Shown here piece by piece: positions 38,189 through 49,415 of a DNA stretch of 64,000 nucleotides. This DNA comes from Bacteroidales bacterium UBA1402. Its GTDB lineage: Bacteria > Bacteroidota > Bacteroidia > Bacteroidales > UBA1402. A model generated the notes under the pieces. The model had not been told where the DNA came from, made no database searches, and was given only the letters and a program-made list of their open reading frames with translations. Each line of letters opens with the position of its first letter. Position 1 is the first letter of the stretch. Made by a program: the position numbers and the translations under genes. Location of the stretch: NCBI GenBank assembly GCA_002305085.1, contig DBQE01000006.1, positions 7,061 to 71,060 on the forward strand, written 5' to 3'.

Positions 38189-38632
38189 ATGGGTGCAAGA
38201 AAAAGAATAGCAGCAGACGCAAGGAAAGAAGCCTTGAAGACGATGTATTTTGCCAAATTGAACGGTGTTCCTACGTCGCCTCGCAAAATGCGTCTGGTTG
38301 CCGATATGATACGCGGCAAAGAAGTATTCCTGGCCCTGGGCATACTGAAGTTTTCGTCTAAGGAAGCTGCCGGCCGCATGGAAAAATTGCTTCGTTCCGC
38401 CATCTCCAATTGGGAACAGAAAAACGAGCGCAAGGCCGAAGCAGGTGAGTTGTATGTCAGCGAGGTTAAAGTTGACTCTGCCACTATGTTGAAAAGGCTG
38501 CGTCCCGCTCCCCAGGGTAGAGGGTATCGCATACGCAAGCGCTCCAATCATGTAAGCCTGAGTATTAACACGATAAGTAAAAACGAACAAAACATAAAGT
38601 CAGATGGGACAGAAAGTAAATCCGATAAGTAA
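38189..38632 (+). CDS. rplV: 50S ribosomal protein L22
   Basis: [14 protein letters not shown]...[17 protein letters not shown]. The ORF extends 29 nt into rpsC. Confidence 0.93.
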   Translation: MGARKRIAADARKEALKTMYFAKLNGVPTSPRKMRLVADMIRGKEVFLALGILKFSSKEAAGRMEKLLRSAISNWEQKNERKAEAGELYVSEVKVDSATMLKRLRPAPQGRGYRIRKRSNHVSLSINTISKNEQNIKSDGTESKSDK

Positions 38633-39353
38633 CCGTTTAGGTATCATCAGAGGTTGGGATTCTAACTGGTATGGTGGTGATAGTTATGGAGATTCTTTGT
38701 TGGAAGACAGCAAGATTCGTAAGTATCTGAATGTCCGTCTGGCCAAAGCGAGTGTTTCCCGCATTGTAATTGAACGTACACTCAAATTGGTTACCATTAC
38801 CGTTTGTACTGCCCGTCCGGGTATCATTATCGGTAAGGGTGGTCAGGAAGTGGATAAATTGAAAGAAGAATTAAAAAAGATCACCGACAAGGATGTTCAA
38901 ATCAATATCTTTGAGATCAAACGCCCCGAAATGGACGCTGTTATTGTGGCTAATAATATTGCACGACAGATAGAAGGAAAAATGGCTTATCGCCGTGCCG
39001 TAAAAATGGCCATTGCCTCCACCATGCGTATGGGAGCCGAAGGCATCAAAGTACAGGTGTCAGGCCGCTTGAACGGAGCAGAAATGGCACGTTCCGAAAT
39101 GTATAAAGAAGGACGTACGCCCCTGCATACTTTCAGAGCCGACATCGATTATGCCCTGGCAGAAGCTCTGACCAAAGTTGGTCTGATAGGTATAAAAGTT
39201 TGGATCTGCAGAGGTGAAATTTACGGTAAAGTAGATTTGGCTCCCCAGTTCGGTACTACTCAGGGTAGTGGCAGAGGCGAAAGGTCTTTTGCCGGCGAGC
39301 GTCGTGAAGACCGGAAAGGTGGCTTCCGCAAGAAGAGAAACAGCAATAGATAA
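38604..39353 (+). CDS. rpsC: 30S ribosomal protein S3
   Basis: [23 protein letters not shown]... plus a KH domain. Confidence 0.97.
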   Translation: MGQKVNPISNRLGIIRGWDSNWYGGDSYGDSLLEDSKIRKYLNVRLAKASVSRIVIERTLKLVTITVCTARPGIIIGKGGQEVDKLKEELKKITDKDVQINIFEIKRPEMDAVIVANNIARQIEGKMAYRRAVKMAIASTMRMGAEGIKVQVSGRLNGAEMARSEMYKEGRTPLHTFRADIDYALAEALTKVGLIGIKVWICRGEIYGKVDLAPQFGTTQGSGRGERSFAGERREDRKGGFRKKRNSNR

Positions 39354-39371
39354 TATTATAATCGCGAAACA

Positions 39372-39803
39372 ATGTTACAGCCTAAAAGAACGAAATTCAG
39401 AAGACAACAAAAGGGCCGCATGAAAGGGAATGCCCAACGCGGCAATCAATTGGCCTTTGGTTCTTTTGGAATAAAGACTCTGGAAAACAAGTGGATTACC
39501 GGCCAGCAGATTGAATCTGCCCGTGTCGCTGTAACCCGTTATATGCAACGTCAGGGTCAGATATGGATCCGGATTTTCCCGGATAAACCTTTTACCAAGA
39601 AGCCCGCCGAAGTCCGTATGGGAAAAGGAAAAGGAGCTCCCGAAGGTTTTGTTGCCCCGGTAACTCCGGGCAGGATACTTATAGAGGTAGAAGGCGTACC
39701 TTACGATGTTGCCAAAGAAGCATTGCGTCTGGCAGCCCAAAAGTTGCCTGTTACGACTAAGTTTGTCGTCAGACGTGATTATGATCAAAATCAAAATGTA
39801 TAA
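39372..39803 (+). CDS. rplP: 50S ribosomal protein L16
   Basis: [19 protein letters not shown]... Confidence 0.97.
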   Translation: MLQPKRTKFRRQQKGRMKGNAQRGNQLAFGSFGIKTLENKWITGQQIESARVAVTRYMQRQGQIWIRIFPDKPFTKKPAEVRMGKGKGAPEGFVAPVTPGRILIEVEGVPYDVAKEALRLAAQKLPVTTKFVVRRDYDQNQNV

Positions 39804-39808
39804 GACCT

Positions 39809-40006
39809 ATGAAAGCTAAAGAAGTCAGAGAATTGACCACTAAGGAAATAATGGAGCGGGTCGACGCAGAAGTCGATCGTTTGAACACCTTGACGCTTCA
39901 GCACAGCATTTCTCCTCTGGACAATCCTGTTCAGATAAAAGAAAGTCGTAGGTTGATTGCACGGCTGAGAACCATTTTAGTTGAACGCAATAAAGAAAAT
40001 AACTAA
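39809..40006 (+). CDS. rpmC: 50S ribosomal protein L29
   Basis: [14 protein letters not shown]..., in the conserved position. Confidence 0.93.
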   Translation: MKAKEVRELTTKEIMERVDAEVDRLNTLTLQHSISPLDNPVQIKESRRLIARLRTILVERNKENN

Positions 40007-40017
40007 TACATAGCCTG

Positions 40018-40275
40018 ATGGAAACCAGAAATTTAAGAAAAGAGAGATACGGTGTTGTCATCGGCAACAAAGCAGATAAATCCATCACCGTTGTGAGTAA
40101 GTTTAAGGAGAAGCATCCGATTTACAGAAAATTCGTCAGCAAGACAAAAAAGTATTATGCCCACGACGAAAAGAACGAATGTAACATCGGTGATACTGTA
40201 AGGATTATGGAAACCCGTCCCTTGAGTAAAACCAAGAGATGGAGATTAGTTGAAATCATCGAAAGAGCTAAATAA
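40018..40275 (+). CDS. rpsQ: 30S ribosomal protein S17
   Basis: [19 protein letters not shown]...[27 protein letters not shown]. Confidence 0.95.
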   Translation: METRNLRKERYGVVIGNKADKSITVVSKFKEKHPIYRKFVSKTKKYYAHDEKNECNIGDTVRIMETRPLSKTKRWRLVEIIERAK

Positions 40276-40277
40276 TC

Positions 40278-40643
40278 ATGATACAAGCAGAAAGCAGGCT
40301 CAATGTGGCCGATAACAGTGGTGCAAAAGAGGTGTTGTGTATCCGCGTGCTGGGAGGCACCGGGAGACGTTATGCCTCGGTGGGAGATATTATCGTGGTA
40401 GCGGTAAAGAATGTGATTCCCTCCAGTGAAATTAAGAAAGGTGTTGTATCCAGGGCCGTAATAGTTCGTACCAAAAAGGAGATAAAAAGAGCCGACGGTT
40501 CTTACATCCGTTTTGACGACAACGCTTGTGTGATGTTGACCAATGCCGGCGAGTTGCGTGGAAGCCGTATTTTTGGCCCGGTTGCTAGGGAGCTTCGTAA
40601 TACCAATATGAAGATAGTTTCTTTGGCTCCCGAAGTACTTTAA
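40278..40643 (+). CDS. rplN: 50S ribosomal protein L14
   Basis: [27 protein letters not shown]. Confidence 0.97.
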   Translation: MIQAESRLNVADNSGAKEVLCIRVLGGTGRRYASVGDIIVVAVKNVIPSSEIKKGVVSRAVIVRTKKEIKRADGSYIRFDDNACVMLTNAGELRGSRIFGPVARELRNTNMKIVSLAPEVL

Positions 40644-40665
40644 TTGTATAGAAATACCAGTTATA

Positions 40666-40986
40666 ATGACAAAGTTACATATCAAAAAAGGCGACACAGT
40701 ATATGTGAATGCAGGCGAAGATAAGGGTAAAACAGGTCGCGTGCTCGAAGTGGACGTACAAAAAAGACGAGCCATCGTCGAAGGGGTCAATTTTGTATCC
40801 AGGCACACTAAGCCTAATGCAAAAAGCCCTCAGGGAGGCATACTTAAAAAAGAGGCCCCCGTTCACATTTCCAATTTAAATCCCTTGGATCCTAAATCGG
40901 GTAAGCCTACTCGCATTGGTCGTGTCAGGAACGAAAAAGGGAAATTAGTCAGAATATCCAAAAAATCAGGGGAGGAAATTAAGTAA
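40666..40986 (+). CDS. rplX: 50S ribosomal protein L24
   Basis: [26 protein letters not shown] (KOW motif). Confidence 0.95.
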   Translation: MTKLHIKKGDTVYVNAGEDKGKTGRVLEVDVQKRRAIVEGVNFVSRHTKPNAKSPQGGILKKEAPVHISNLNPLDPKSGKPTRIGRVRNEKGKLVRISKKSGEEIK

Positions 40987-41537
40987 TGAATACAGCTAAC
41001 CTCAAGAAAGAATATCAAGAACGCATTATTCCTGCTTTAACAAAGGAATTTGGCTACACCTCAGTGATGCAGGTCCCCAAATTAGAAAAAATAGTTATTA
41101 ACCAAGGTTTGGGTAAGGCTGTAGCAGACAGAAAGATTATTGAAACTGCCATAGCCGAGTTAACCGCCATTACCGGACAGAAAGCTGTTGTTACCACGTC
41201 CAAAAAAGACATATCAAACTTTAAGCTTCGTAAGAAAATGCCCATCGGAGCGATGGTTACTCTGCGTCGCGACAAGATGTACGAATTTTTGGAACGCCTT
41301 GTTCGCGTAGCTTTGCCCCGTATCAGAGACTTCAAGGGAATCGAAAGCAAATTGGACGGACATGGTAATTACACATTGGGAGTTCAGGAGCAGATTATCT
41401 TTCCTGAAATCAACATTGACAATATTACCCACTTGGCAGGCATGAATATCACCATGGTAACCAGCGCCAAAACCGACGAAGAAGGCTATGCCTTGCTAAG
41501 GGAATTTGGCTTGCCTTTCAAAAACATAAATAATTAA
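40986..41537 (+). CDS. rplE: 50S ribosomal protein L5
   Basis: [17 protein letters not shown]...RDFKGI. 1-nt overlap (TAATG) with rplX. Confidence 0.96.
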   Translation: MNTANLKKEYQERIIPALTKEFGYTSVMQVPKLEKIVINQGLGKAVADRKIIETAIAELTAITGQKAVVTTSKKDISNFKLRKKMPIGAMVTLRRDKMYEFLERLVRVALPRIRDFKGIESKLDGHGNYTLGVQEQIIFPEINIDNITHLAGMNITMVTSAKTDEEGYALLREFGLPFKNINN

Positions 41538-41551
41538 GATAAAATAGCAGT

Positions 41552-41821
41552 ATGTCAAAAGAATCAATGAAAGCCCGCGAGGTAAACCGAGCAAAACTTA
41601 TTGCCAAGTACGCCGAAAAAAGAGCCAGACTCAAAGCTGAGGGTAACTACGAAGCATTACAGGATTTACCTAAAAATTCCTGCCCGGTACGCATACACAA
41701 CCGTTGCAAAATTACCGGCAGACCTAAAGGTTACATGCGTCAGTTTGGGATCTCGCGTATTCAATTCCGCGAAATGGCTTCACAAGGTTTGATACCCGGT
41801 GTTCGTAAAGCCAGCTGGTAA
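41552..41821 (+). CDS. rpsN: 30S ribosomal protein S14 (long, 89 aa form)
   Basis: [20 protein letters not shown]...[24 protein letters not shown]. Confidence 0.95.
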   Translation: MSKESMKAREVNRAKLIAKYAEKRARLKAEGNYEALQDLPKNSCPVRIHNRCKITGRPKGYMRQFGISRIQFREMASQGLIPGVRKASW

Positions 41822-41881
41822 ACATTCAAATTATATAATTAAATATTGTCCGGGGAGTCCGGATTAATTTAAACCAACATT

Positions 41882-42277
41882 ATGACAGATCCTATCGCAG
41901 ATTATTTGACAAGATTACGGAATGCTATCAGTGCCAATCATAGGGTAGTCGAAATTCCCGCGTCTAATTTGAAAAAGGAGATCACCAAAATCCTTTTACA
42001 AAAGGGTTATATTCTGAACTATAAGTTCGTAGAAGATGGTCCCCAGGGTAGTATTAAAATTGCCTTAAAATACGACCCTCTGAGTAAACAAAATGCCATT
42101 AAAAAACTGATTCGTGTATCTACTCCCGGTCTCCGCAAATATGTAGGCCATCGCGAGATTCCCCGCGTACTGAACGGTTTGGGCATTGCTGTTATTTCAA
42201 CCTCCCGGGGTGTGATGACCGACAAGGAAGCCAAGGAGTTAAAACTTGGCGGTGAAGTATTATGTTACGTTTATTAA
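41882..42277 (+). CDS. rpsH: 30S ribosomal protein S8
   Basis: MTDPIADYLTRLRNA...GGEVLCYVY. Confidence 0.97.
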   Translation: MTDPIADYLTRLRNAISANHRVVEIPASNLKKEITKILLQKGYILNYKFVEDGPQGSIKIALKYDPLSKQNAIKKLIRVSTPGLRKYVGHREIPRVLNGLGIAVISTSRGVMTDKEAKELKLGGEVLCYVY

Positions 42278-42295
42278 TCGCAGGAGGAGAATAAT

Positions 42296-42853
42296 ATGTC
42301 AAGAATTGGAAAATTGCCGATAGTCATTCCCTCCAAGGTAAGCGTAGAGGTTGACAAGAATAACGTGGTTACTGTAAAAGGACCTAAAGGTGAATTGCAA
42401 CAGGCTTTGACCGGAGGCATCACCGCAGAGGTAAAAGATAATCACGTATATGTTTCCCGTCCCACCGACGGTAAAGAACACCGTTCCCTGCATGGCCTGT
42501 ATCGTGCTCTTATTCACAACATGGTGGTAGGAGTGTCCGAGGGTTTTCGCAGTGTACAGGAGTTGGTAGGTGTGGGTTATCGTGCCAGTAACGATGGCCA
42601 ATTACTTAAATTGGCTCTTGGTTATACACACGAAATTTACTTGCTTTTGCCGGATGAGGTGAAGGTAGAAACCAAGTCGGAACGTAACAAGAATCCGCTG
42701 ATTATGCTTGAATCCTGCGATAAACAATTGCTTGGACAGATTTGTGCCAAGATACGCTCTTTCCGTAAACCCGAACCCTACAAGGGCAAAGGTATCCGCT
42801 TCCAGGGTGAGGAGGTTCGCAGAAAGGCCGGTAAGTCTGCTGTCAAGAAATAA
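42296..42853 (+). CDS. rplF: 50S ribosomal protein L6
   Basis: MSRIGKLPIVIPSKVSVEV...PEPYKGKGIRF. Confidence 0.96.
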   Translation: MSRIGKLPIVIPSKVSVEVDKNNVVTVKGPKGELQQALTGGITAEVKDNHVYVSRPTDGKEHRSLHGLYRALIHNMVVGVSEGFRSVQELVGVGYRASNDGQLLKLALGYTHEIYLLLPDEVKVETKSERNKNPLIMLESCDKQLLGQICAKIRSFRKPEPYKGKGIRFQGEEVRRKAGKSAVKK

Positions 42854-42874
42854 TCGTATAAAACACTACCAGAT

Positions 42875-43219
42875 ATGACAACTAAAGAATTAAGAAGAAT
42901 CAAAATAAAGCAACGGGTACGTTCTAAGAGCTTCGGTACCGCCGCAAGCCCCCGTATGACCGTTTTCAGAAGCAACAAGCAGATTTACGTGCAATTTATA
43001 GACGATAGAGAAGGGAAAACCTTGGCCTCTGCTTCATCTTTGAAGCTCGAAACAAAAACCGGCAAAAGGGAACAGGCTGCAAAAGTGGGTGAAATGGCCG
43101 CCAAGAATGCTATTGAAGCAGGTATCACTACAGTGGTTTTTGACCGCAACGGCTATCTCTATCACGGAAGAATTAAAGAATTGGCTGATGCCGCTCGTAA
43201 AGGCGGTCTTAAATTTTAA
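42875..43219 (+). CDS. rplR: 50S ribosomal protein L18
   Basis: [27 protein letters not shown]...[20 protein letters not shown]. Confidence 0.96.
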   Translation: MTTKELRRIKIKQRVRSKSFGTAASPRMTVFRSNKQIYVQFIDDREGKTLASASSLKLETKTGKREQAAKVGEMAAKNAIEAGITTVVFDRNGYLYHGRIKELADAARKGGLKF

Positions 43220-43223
43220 CATC

Positions 43224-43742
43224 ATGGCAGGACAATTGAATAGAGTTAAGACAACTAATGATTTAGAGTTGAAAGACAAATTGGTAGCCATTAATCGGGT
43301 AACCAAGGTTACCAAGGGTGGACGTGCCTTTAGCTTTTCTGCCGTTGTGGTAGTAGGCAACGAGGACGGCATAGTGGGCTACGGCCTGGGTAAGGCCGGC
43401 GAAGTAACAGCCGCTATTTCCAAAGGAGCTGAAGCAGCCAAGAAAAACTTGATCAAAATACCTGTACACAAAGGCACTATTCCTCACGAACAGTCTGCCA
43501 AGTACAGTGGTGCCAAGGTCCTTATCAAACCCGCTACACCGGGGACCGGAGTCAACGCCGGTAGCGCCATGCGTGCCGTGCTCGAAAGTGCCGGCGTTAC
43601 CGATGTGGTAGCAAAATCGCTGGGCTCATCTAATCCTCACAATATGGTTAAAGCTACTATTAAAGCTCTGAGTGAATTGCGTGACGCTTATATGGTTTCG
43701 CAAAACAGGGGTATTTCAGTTGAACGTGTATTTAAAGGATAA
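43224..43742 (+). CDS. rpsE: 30S ribosomal protein S5
   Basis: The track ORF (43089) over-extends into rplR. The ATG at 43224 gives [11 protein letters not shown]...[24 protein letters not shown]. Confidence 0.95.
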   Translation: MAGQLNRVKTTNDLELKDKLVAINRVTKVTKGGRAFSFSAVVVVGNEDGIVGYGLGKAGEVTAAISKGAEAAKKNLIKIPVHKGTIPHEQSAKYSGAKVLIKPATPGTGVNAGSAMRAVLESAGVTDVVAKSLGSSNPHNMVKATIKALSELRDAYMVSQNRGISVERVFKG

Positions 43743-43755
43743 GGAGGAAAACATC

Positions 43756-43932
43756 ATGTCGGTTATAAAGATCAAACAAGTTAAAAGTCGTATTGGCGCA
43801 CCTAAAGATCAAAAGAGAACCCTGGATGCTCTTGGATTGAAAAAACTCAACAGTGTGGTAGAACACGAGGAGAATGCAGCTATCCTTGGCATGGTCAATA
43901 AAGTAAAACACTTAGTGAAAATCGTTGAATAA
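43756..43932 (+). CDS. rpmD: 50S ribosomal protein L30
   Basis: The ATG at 43756 follows AAGGAGGAA and gives MSVIKIKQVKSRIGAPKDQKRTLDALGL. Confidence 0.93.
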   Translation: MSVIKIKQVKSRIGAPKDQKRTLDALGLKKLNSVVEHEENAAILGMVNKVKHLVKIVE

Positions 43933-43942
43933 TAATACAAGC

Positions 43943-44440
43943 ATGAATCTAAATAATCTCAAACCGGCACCAGGCTCGGTAAAAACTCGTAAACGTATTG
44001 GACGCGGTCCGGGATCGGGTCTGGGCGGTACTTCGACCAGAGGTCATAAAGGAGCAAAATCGCGCTCGGGTTATTCCAAAAGGCGTGGTTTTGAAGGAGG
44101 ACAGATGCCTTTACAACGGCGTTTGCCCAAATTTGGTTTTACCAACATCAACCGTGTTGAGTATAAAGCCATCAATCTGGATATTTTACAAACTTTGGCC
44201 GAAAGCAAATCTTATAAGGTAATCAACAGAGATGTTTTAGTGCAAGCCGGTTTTATTTCTGCCTCGCAAAAGGTTAAGATACTGGCTAAAGGCAGTTTGA
44301 GTGCCAACTTGCATGTTGTTGCCGATGCTTTTTCGGCTGCTGCTGTTAAGGCTATTGAGGCCGCCGGAGGCAAGGCACAATTGGTCAGTGAGTTTACAGC
44401 TCCTCCTCAAAAAGAAGAAAATAAAGCGATTGAAGAATAA
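43943..44440 (+). CDS. rplO: 50S ribosomal protein L15
   Basis: The ATG at 43943 gives MNLNNLKPAPGSVKTRKRIGRGPGSGLGGTSTRGHKG. The track ORF starts at an upstream TTG. Confidence 0.95.
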   Translation: MNLNNLKPAPGSVKTRKRIGRGPGSGLGGTSTRGHKGAKSRSGYSKRRGFEGGQMPLQRRLPKFGFTNINRVEYKAINLDILQTLAESKSYKVINRDVLVQAGFISASQKVKILAKGSLSANLHVVADAFSAAAVKAIEAAGGKAQLVSEFTAPPQKEENKAIEE

Positions 44441-44455
44441 TAAACACACAATCGA

Positions 44456-45784
44456 ATGAAACTGATAGAAACCCTAAAGAATATCTGGAAGATAGAAGAG
44501 CTCAAAAGCCGTTTACTGACCACTCTTTTGTTGGTGGTGGTTTTCCGCTTCGGCTCTTTTGTGGTGCTTCCGGGTATCGATCCTCAGATGTTAACCGGTT
44601 TACATGCTCAGACCCGCGAAGGTTTGATGTCCTTGCTGGATATGTTTACCGGGGGCGCTTTTTCGAACGCTTCAGTATTTGGTCTGGGTATCATGCCTTA
44701 CATTTCCGCATCCATTGTGATACAGTTGCTGAGTATAGCTGTTCCCTATTTCCAGAAGTTGCAACGCGAAGGAGAAAGCGGCCGCCGCAAAATGAATCAA
44801 TACACCCGTTATCTGACGGTAGCTATCCTTTTGCTTCAAGGTCCGGCTTTTTTGGTCAATCTCTCTGCCAACGGAGTACCTCTTCCTTCCGGGCTTTGGT
44901 TCCGTATGTCGTCGGTAATCCTGCTGGCCTCGGGTAGTATGTTTACCCTCTGGTTAGGCGAACGCATCACCGACAAAGGAATCGGTAACGGTGTTTCCAT
45001 GATCATTTTGATTGGTATTATTGCCCGTTTGCCTCAATCTCTGTTTCAGGAGTTTGTTTCCCGTCTATCGGCTAACTCGGGGGGATTGGTCATGTTCCTC
45101 GGTGAATTGCTGCTTTTGCTGGCAGTTACCGTATTTGCGATACTTTTGGTGCAGGGAACCAGAAAAATTCCCGTTCAATACGCCAAAAGAATCGTAGGGA
45201 ACAAGCAATACGGAGGAGCCCGTCAGTATATTCCACTCAAAGTGAATGCTGCCGGAGTTATGCCAATTATCTTTGCTCAGGCAATTATGTTTATACCCGC
45301 CACTGTGATTCAATTCTCAAAAGCCGGTGCCACCAGTGCTTTTGCCATTGCTTTCAGTGATATCACAGGCTTTTGGTATAATTTTATTTACGCCATACTC
45401 ATTATATTGTTTACCTGGTTCTACACTGCCATAACCATTAATCCGGTTCAAATGGCAGAAGATATGAAGCGTAACGGTGGCTTTATCCCAGGAGTTAAAC
45501 CCGGCAAGAGAACAGCCGACTATCTGGACGAAATTATGTCCAGAATCACCTTCCCCGGCTCCTTGTTCTTAGCTTTTATTGCTATTATGCCCGCTTTTGC
45601 CAAGTTTTTCGGCGTCAGTTCCGGCTTTTCGCAATTCTTTGGCGGAACCTCTTTGCTGATTTTGGTGGGCGTTGTGCTGGATACTTTGCAGCAAATAGAA
45701 AGTCACCTCTTGATGAGGCATTACGACGGATTGTTGAAGTCCGGCCGCATCAAAGGACGCACCGGAAGTATAGCTGCTTATTAA
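44456..45784 (+). CDS. secY: Preprotein translocase subunit SecY
   Basis: 442 aa, 10 TM. LGIMPYISASIVIQLL motif. Confidence 0.97.
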   Translation: MKLIETLKNIWKIEELKSRLLTTLLLVVVFRFGSFVVLPGIDPQMLTGLHAQTREGLMSLLDMFTGGAFSNASVFGLGIMPYISASIVIQLLSIAVPYFQKLQREGESGRRKMNQYTRYLTVAILLLQGPAFLVNLSANGVPLPSGLWFRMSSVILLASGSMFTLWLGERITDKGIGNGVSMIILIGIIARLPQSLFQEFVSRLSANSGGLVMFLGELLLLLAVTVFAILLVQGTRKIPVQYAKRIVGNKQYGGARQYIPLKVNAAGVMPIIFAQAIMFIPATVIQFSKAGATSAFAIAFSDITGFWYNFIYAILIILFTWFYTAITINPVQMAEDMKRNGGFIPGVKPGKRTADYLDEIMSRITFPGSLFLAFIAIMPAFAKFFGVSSGFSQFFGGTSLLILVGVVLDTLQQIESHLLMRHYDGLLKSGRIKGRTGSIAAY

Positions 45785-45793
45785 AGCCGGGCA

Positions 45794-46579
45794 ATGATTT
45801 ATTTGAAGACAGAAGAAGAAATAGACTATCTTAGAGAAAGTAGTCAAATAGTGGCCAAGGCGTTGGCCGAAGTAGCAAAACATATTCAACCCGGAGTTAC
45901 TACCAAGTACCTGGATCAGGTAGGAGAGGAGTATATCCGTTCTTGCGGAGCAGTCCCTTCCTTTCTCCATTACAATGGTTATCCCGCTTCGCTTTGTATT
46001 TCCGTTAACGAAGAGGTGGTGCACGGAATACCCTCGGTTCAAAGAGTTTTGCACGAAGGAGATATAGTTTCGGTAGATTGTGGCGCCTACAAAAACGGAT
46101 TTCACGGTGATTCAGCCTATACCTTTTGTGTGGGAGAAGTAAACGAGGAATTGCGGGCACTGATGAGAACAACCAAAGAAGCCCTGTATTTGGGCATAGA
46201 GCAGGCTGTTGACGGCAGCAGGCTGGGGAACATCGGTCACGCTATCCAACAACATTGCCAGGCCAGAGGCTATACCGTTGTTCGCGAAATGGTGGGACAC
46301 GGTATCGGGCGTAATTTACACGAAGGGCCGGAGGTGTCGAACGTAGGCAAAAGAGGAGCAGGTCCCCTCTTAAGAACAGGGATGGTTATTGCCATTGAGC
46401 CTATGATCAATATGGGCAGGCGTAATATAGTTATCGAAAACGACGGCTGGACAGTTCGTACTGCAGACCGTAAACCATCGGCTCATTTTGAGCATACGGT
46501 TGTTGTGCGCGAGGGGAAAGCCGAAATATTGTCTTCGTTTGATTACATCAAAGAAGTTATTGGAGAACGTTTCATTTAA
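45794..46579 (+). CDS. map: Type I methionine aminopeptidase
   Basis: Metal ligands in context: [41 protein letters not shown]. Confidence 0.95.
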   Translation: MIYLKTEEEIDYLRESSQIVAKALAEVAKHIQPGVTTKYLDQVGEEYIRSCGAVPSFLHYNGYPASLCISVNEEVVHGIPSVQRVLHEGDIVSVDCGAYKNGFHGDSAYTFCVGEVNEELRALMRTTKEALYLGIEQAVDGSRLGNIGHAIQQHCQARGYTVVREMVGHGIGRNLHEGPEVSNVGKRGAGPLLRTGMVIAIEPMINMGRRNIVIENDGWTVRTADRKPSAHFEHTVVVREGKAEILSSFDYIKEVIGERFI

Positions 46580-46595
46580 ATTGAAAATATCATTT

Positions 46596-46814
46596 ATGGC
46601 AAAACAAGCTGCAATAGAACAGGACGGAACCATAGTCGAAGCATTGTCGAATGCAATGTTCCGGGTAGAATTGGAAAACGGCCACGAAATTACGGCACAT
46701 ATTTCGGGAAAGATGCGGATGCACTACATACGTATTTTACCCGGAGACAAGGTCAGGGTGGAAATGTCCCCCTACGATTTATCAAAAGGAAGGATTTCAT
46801 TTAGATACAAATAA
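46596..46814 (+). CDS. infA: Translation initiation factor IF-1
   Basis: The ATG at 46596 gives [41 protein letters not shown]. The track ORF over-extends into map. Confidence 0.96.
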   Translation: MAKQAAIEQDGTIVEALSNAMFRVELENGHEITAHISGKMRMHYIRILPGDKVRVEMSPYDLSKGRISFRYK

Positions 46815-46826
46815 AATATTATAAAA

Positions 46827-46943
46827 ATGAGAGTAAGAGCATCAGTCAAGAAACGTAGTGCCGATTGCAAGATTGTACGCAGAAAAGGCCGTTTATACGT
46901 AATAAACAAAAAGAATCCTAAGTTTAAACAACGTCAGGGATAG
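46827..46943 (+). CDS. rpmJ: 50S ribosomal protein L36 (single-Cys, C-minus type)
   Basis: Not in the ORF track (38 aa). Hand translation gives [38 protein letters not shown], with stop TAG at 46941-46943. Confidence 0.93.
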   Translation: MRVRASVKKRSADCKIVRRKGRLYVINKKNPKFKQRQG

Positions 46944-46984
46944 TAGGTTGTAATTCAAACTTTTAATATAATAACAGATTAAGT

Positions 46985-47365
46985 ATGGCTATAAGAATCG
47001 TTGGTGTAGACTTGCCGCAAAACAAAAGGGGTGAAATTGCGTTGACCTATATTTTCGGGATAGGGCGCAGTAGTGCTCAGAAAATACTGGCGGAAGCCGG
47101 TGTGGACAAAGACATTAAAGTCAAAGACTGGACTGATGACCAGGCCGGTGCGATTCGCGAAATTATCGGTCATTCCTATAAGGTTGAAGGTGATTTACGC
47201 TCCGAAGTGCAATTGAACATCAAACGTTTAATGGACATTGGTTGTTACCGGGGAATCCGTCATCGTATCGGTCTACCCGTACGCGGACAGAGCACCAAAA
47301 ACAATGCCCGTACACGTAAAGGCAAGAAAAAGACGGTAGCAAACAAGAAGAAAGCGGCTAAGTGA
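46985..47365 (+). CDS. rpsM: 30S ribosomal protein S13
   Basis: [27 protein letters not shown]. Confidence 0.97.
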   Translation: MAIRIVGVDLPQNKRGEIALTYIFGIGRSSAQKILAEAGVDKDIKVKDWTDDQAGAIREIIGHSYKVEGDLRSEVQLNIKRLMDIGCYRGIRHRIGLPVRGQSTKNNARTRKGKKKTVANKKKAAK

Positions 47366-47390
47366 TAAATTTAAATCAAATCAATAAACA

Positions 47391-47780
47391 ATGGCAAAAA
47401 AGACAGTTGCAGCTAAAAAAAGAGTCGTCAAAGTTGACGCTGTAGGACAAGCGCACATCCATTCTTCTTTCAACAACATCATTGTATCCCTGGCCAATGG
47501 CAACGGACAGATCATATCCTGGTCTTCTGCCGGCAAGATGGGATTCAGAGGTTCGAAGAAAAATACCCCTTACGCAGCCCAAATGGCTGCTCAGGATTGT
47601 GCCAAAGTCGCATATGATCTTGGCTTGAGAAAGGTCAAGGCATATGTCAAAGGACCCGGAAACGGAAGAGAGTCTGCCGTACGTACCATTCACGGAGCAG
47701 GCATCGAAGTTACAGAGATAATCGATGTAACACCATTGCCCCACAATGGTTGTCGTCCTCCGAAGAAAAGAAGAGTATAA
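47391..47780 (+). CDS. rpsK: 30S ribosomal protein S11
   Basis: [16 protein letters not shown]...[16 protein letters not shown]. Confidence 0.97.
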   Translation: MAKKTVAAKKRVVKVDAVGQAHIHSSFNNIIVSLANGNGQIISWSSAGKMGFRGSKKNTPYAAQMAAQDCAKVAYDLGLRKVKAYVKGPGNGRESAVRTIHGAGIEVTEIIDVTPLPHNGCRPPKKRRV

Positions 47781-47800
47781 ATCTATTAATGACTTAAACA

Positions 47801-48406
47801 ATGGCAAGATATATTGGTCCGAAATCAAAAATTGCACGCAAATTTGGGGAACCCATTTTTGGCCCCGACAAGGTATTAAGCAAAAAAAATTACCCTCCGG
47901 GTATGCACGGCAGCAATCGTCGCAGGAAAACCTCAGAATACGGGATACAGCTACGTGAAAAACAAAAAACAAAATACACTTACGGTGTATTGGAAAGACA
48001 ATTTCGCAAGACCTTTGAAAGGGCTGCACGCTCTAAAGGGATTACCGGCGAAGTGTTGCTCCAGTTGCTGGAATCGAGGCTCGATAACCTGGTGTATCGT
48101 CTGGGACTGGCTCCCACTCGCGATGCTGCCCGCCAGCTGGTTGTACACCGCCACATTGTTGTGGACGGCAAGGTGGTAAATATACCTTCCGCTACCATAA
48201 AACCCGGCCAGGTGGTTGGTGTGCGCGAACGCTCCAAAGCCCTGGAAGTAATTGATAATGCCCTTTCCGGTTTTAACCACAGCAAATATCCCTGGTTGGA
48301 ATTTGATGCTGCTTCTAAATCCGGAAAATATCTGCATGTTCCCGAAAGAGCAGATATACCCGAAAACATCAAAGAACAACTCATTGTTGAATTGTACTCT
48401 AAATAA
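47801..48406 (+). CDS. rpsD: 30S ribosomal protein S4
   Basis: [21 protein letters not shown]... plus an S4 RNA-binding domain. Confidence 0.97.
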   Translation: MARYIGPKSKIARKFGEPIFGPDKVLSKKNYPPGMHGSNRRRKTSEYGIQLREKQKTKYTYGVLERQFRKTFERAARSKGITGEVLLQLLESRLDNLVYRLGLAPTRDAARQLVVHRHIVVDGKVVNIPSATIKPGQVVGVRERSKALEVIDNALSGFNHSKYPWLEFDAASKSGKYLHVPERADIPENIKEQLIVELYSK

Positions 48407-48418
48407 AACACCGTAATT

Positions 48419-49411
48419 ATGGCTATATTAGCATTTCAAAAACCTGAAAAGGTGATTATGTTGGAAGCGGACGAACAATTTGGAAAATTCGAATTTCGTC
48501 CTCTTGAGCCCGGTTTCGGGATTACGATCGGCAATTCCCTGAGGCGGATATTGCTCTCATCTCTAGAAGGTTATGCCATCAATTCGGTGCGTATAGACGG
48601 TGTGGATCACGAATTTGCAAGTATACCGGGTGTTTTGGATGATATGACCAACATTATTCTGAACCTCAAGCAAATACGTTTTAAACAAATCATAGAAGAT
48701 ACTGACTTTGAAAAAGTCAGCTTGACGGTCAGTGGTTTGCAGGAACTTAAAGCCGGAGATTTGGGTAAAGCATTTACCGCTTTCGAAGTTCTCAATCCGG
48801 ATTTGAAAATCTGTTCCATGGAAAAAAGCGTCAGCTTCAATATGGAGCTTACTGTAAACAAGGGACGCGGTTACGTTCCGGCAGAAGAACAGGAATTGGG
48901 CGAAGTGGATGTGAATGTCATTGCCATCGACTCCATTTACACACCCATCAAAAACGTAAAATATTCCGTCGAAAACTATCGTGTTGAACAAAAAACCGAC
49001 TACGAGAAACTGGTGCTGGAAATCGCCACCGATGGTTCCATTCATCCCAAAGACGCTTTGAAGGAAGCCGCCAAAATATTGATCTATCATTTTATGCTCT
49101 TTTCGGAAGAAAAAATCACCTTAGACGTGAGTGAATCCGATGGCGGAGAAGAATTTGACGAGGAAGTACTACGTATGCGTCAGCTGCTCAAGACTAAACT
49201 GGTAGATTTGGATCTGTCGGTACGTGCGCTCAATTGCCTGAAGGCAGCCAACGTCGAGACATTGGGGCATCTGGTTACTTTCAACAAAACCGACTTACTG
49301 AAATTCCGTAATTTCGGCAAGAAATCTTTGACAGAACTGGAAGACTTGTTGTCAAAGATGGATTTGTCTTTTGCCATGGACATTTCCAAGTATAAATTAG
49401 AAAAAGAGTAA
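48419..49411 (+). CDS. rpoA: DNA-directed RNA polymerase subunit alpha
   Basis: [29 protein letters not shown]-terminal domain [22 protein letters not shown]. Confidence 0.97.
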   Translation: MAILAFQKPEKVIMLEADEQFGKFEFRPLEPGFGITIGNSLRRILLSSLEGYAINSVRIDGVDHEFASIPGVLDDMTNIILNLKQIRFKQIIEDTDFEKVSLTVSGLQELKAGDLGKAFTAFEVLNPDLKICSMEKSVSFNMELTVNKGRGYVPAEEQELGEVDVNVIAIDSIYTPIKNVKYSVENYRVEQKTDYEKLVLEIATDGSIHPKDALKEAAKILIYHFMLFSEEKITLDVSESDGGEEFDEEVLRMRQLLKTKLVDLDLSVRALNCLKAANVETLGHLVTFNKTDLLKFRNFGKKSLTELEDLLSKMDLSFAMDISKYKLEKE

Positions 49412-49415
49412 AATA

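Noticed and set aside
37961-38590. Long antisense ORFs within the ribosomal-protein operons: 37961-38590 (-), 38056-38547 (-), 40155-40808 (-), 47376-48029 (-), 47980-48411 (-), 48563-49090 (-) and 45569-46105 (-).
   Set aside because: Each spans several tightly packed, strongly conserved plus-strand genes. None has a promoter box or a plausible start context.
41849-41863. Hairpin TCCGG-GGAGT-CCGGA in the rpsN-rpsH spacer, considered as a possible S8 autoregulatory site.
   Set aside because: It has only a 5-bp stem that rests on the self-complementary CCGG core. It shows no resemblance to the S8 binding motif that I can verify, and it is too weak to call.
43089-43223. 5' over-extensions of the track ORFs for rpsE (43089), rpmD (43672), rplO (43925), infA (46488), the NDK-like gene (55692), the MG2-like gene (54231), and the TTG starts at 55072 and 55261.
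   Set aside because: The extensions overlap the preceding conserved genes. Internal ATGs reproduce canonical N-termini and give normal intergenic spacing.
46827-46943. L36 has only one Cys (C-minus form), while L32 keeps its CxxC...CxxC zinc ribbon.
   Set aside because: As far as I know this is the usual L36 form in this phylum. No paralog pair or Zur context is visible here, so there is no evidence for zinc-responsive switching.
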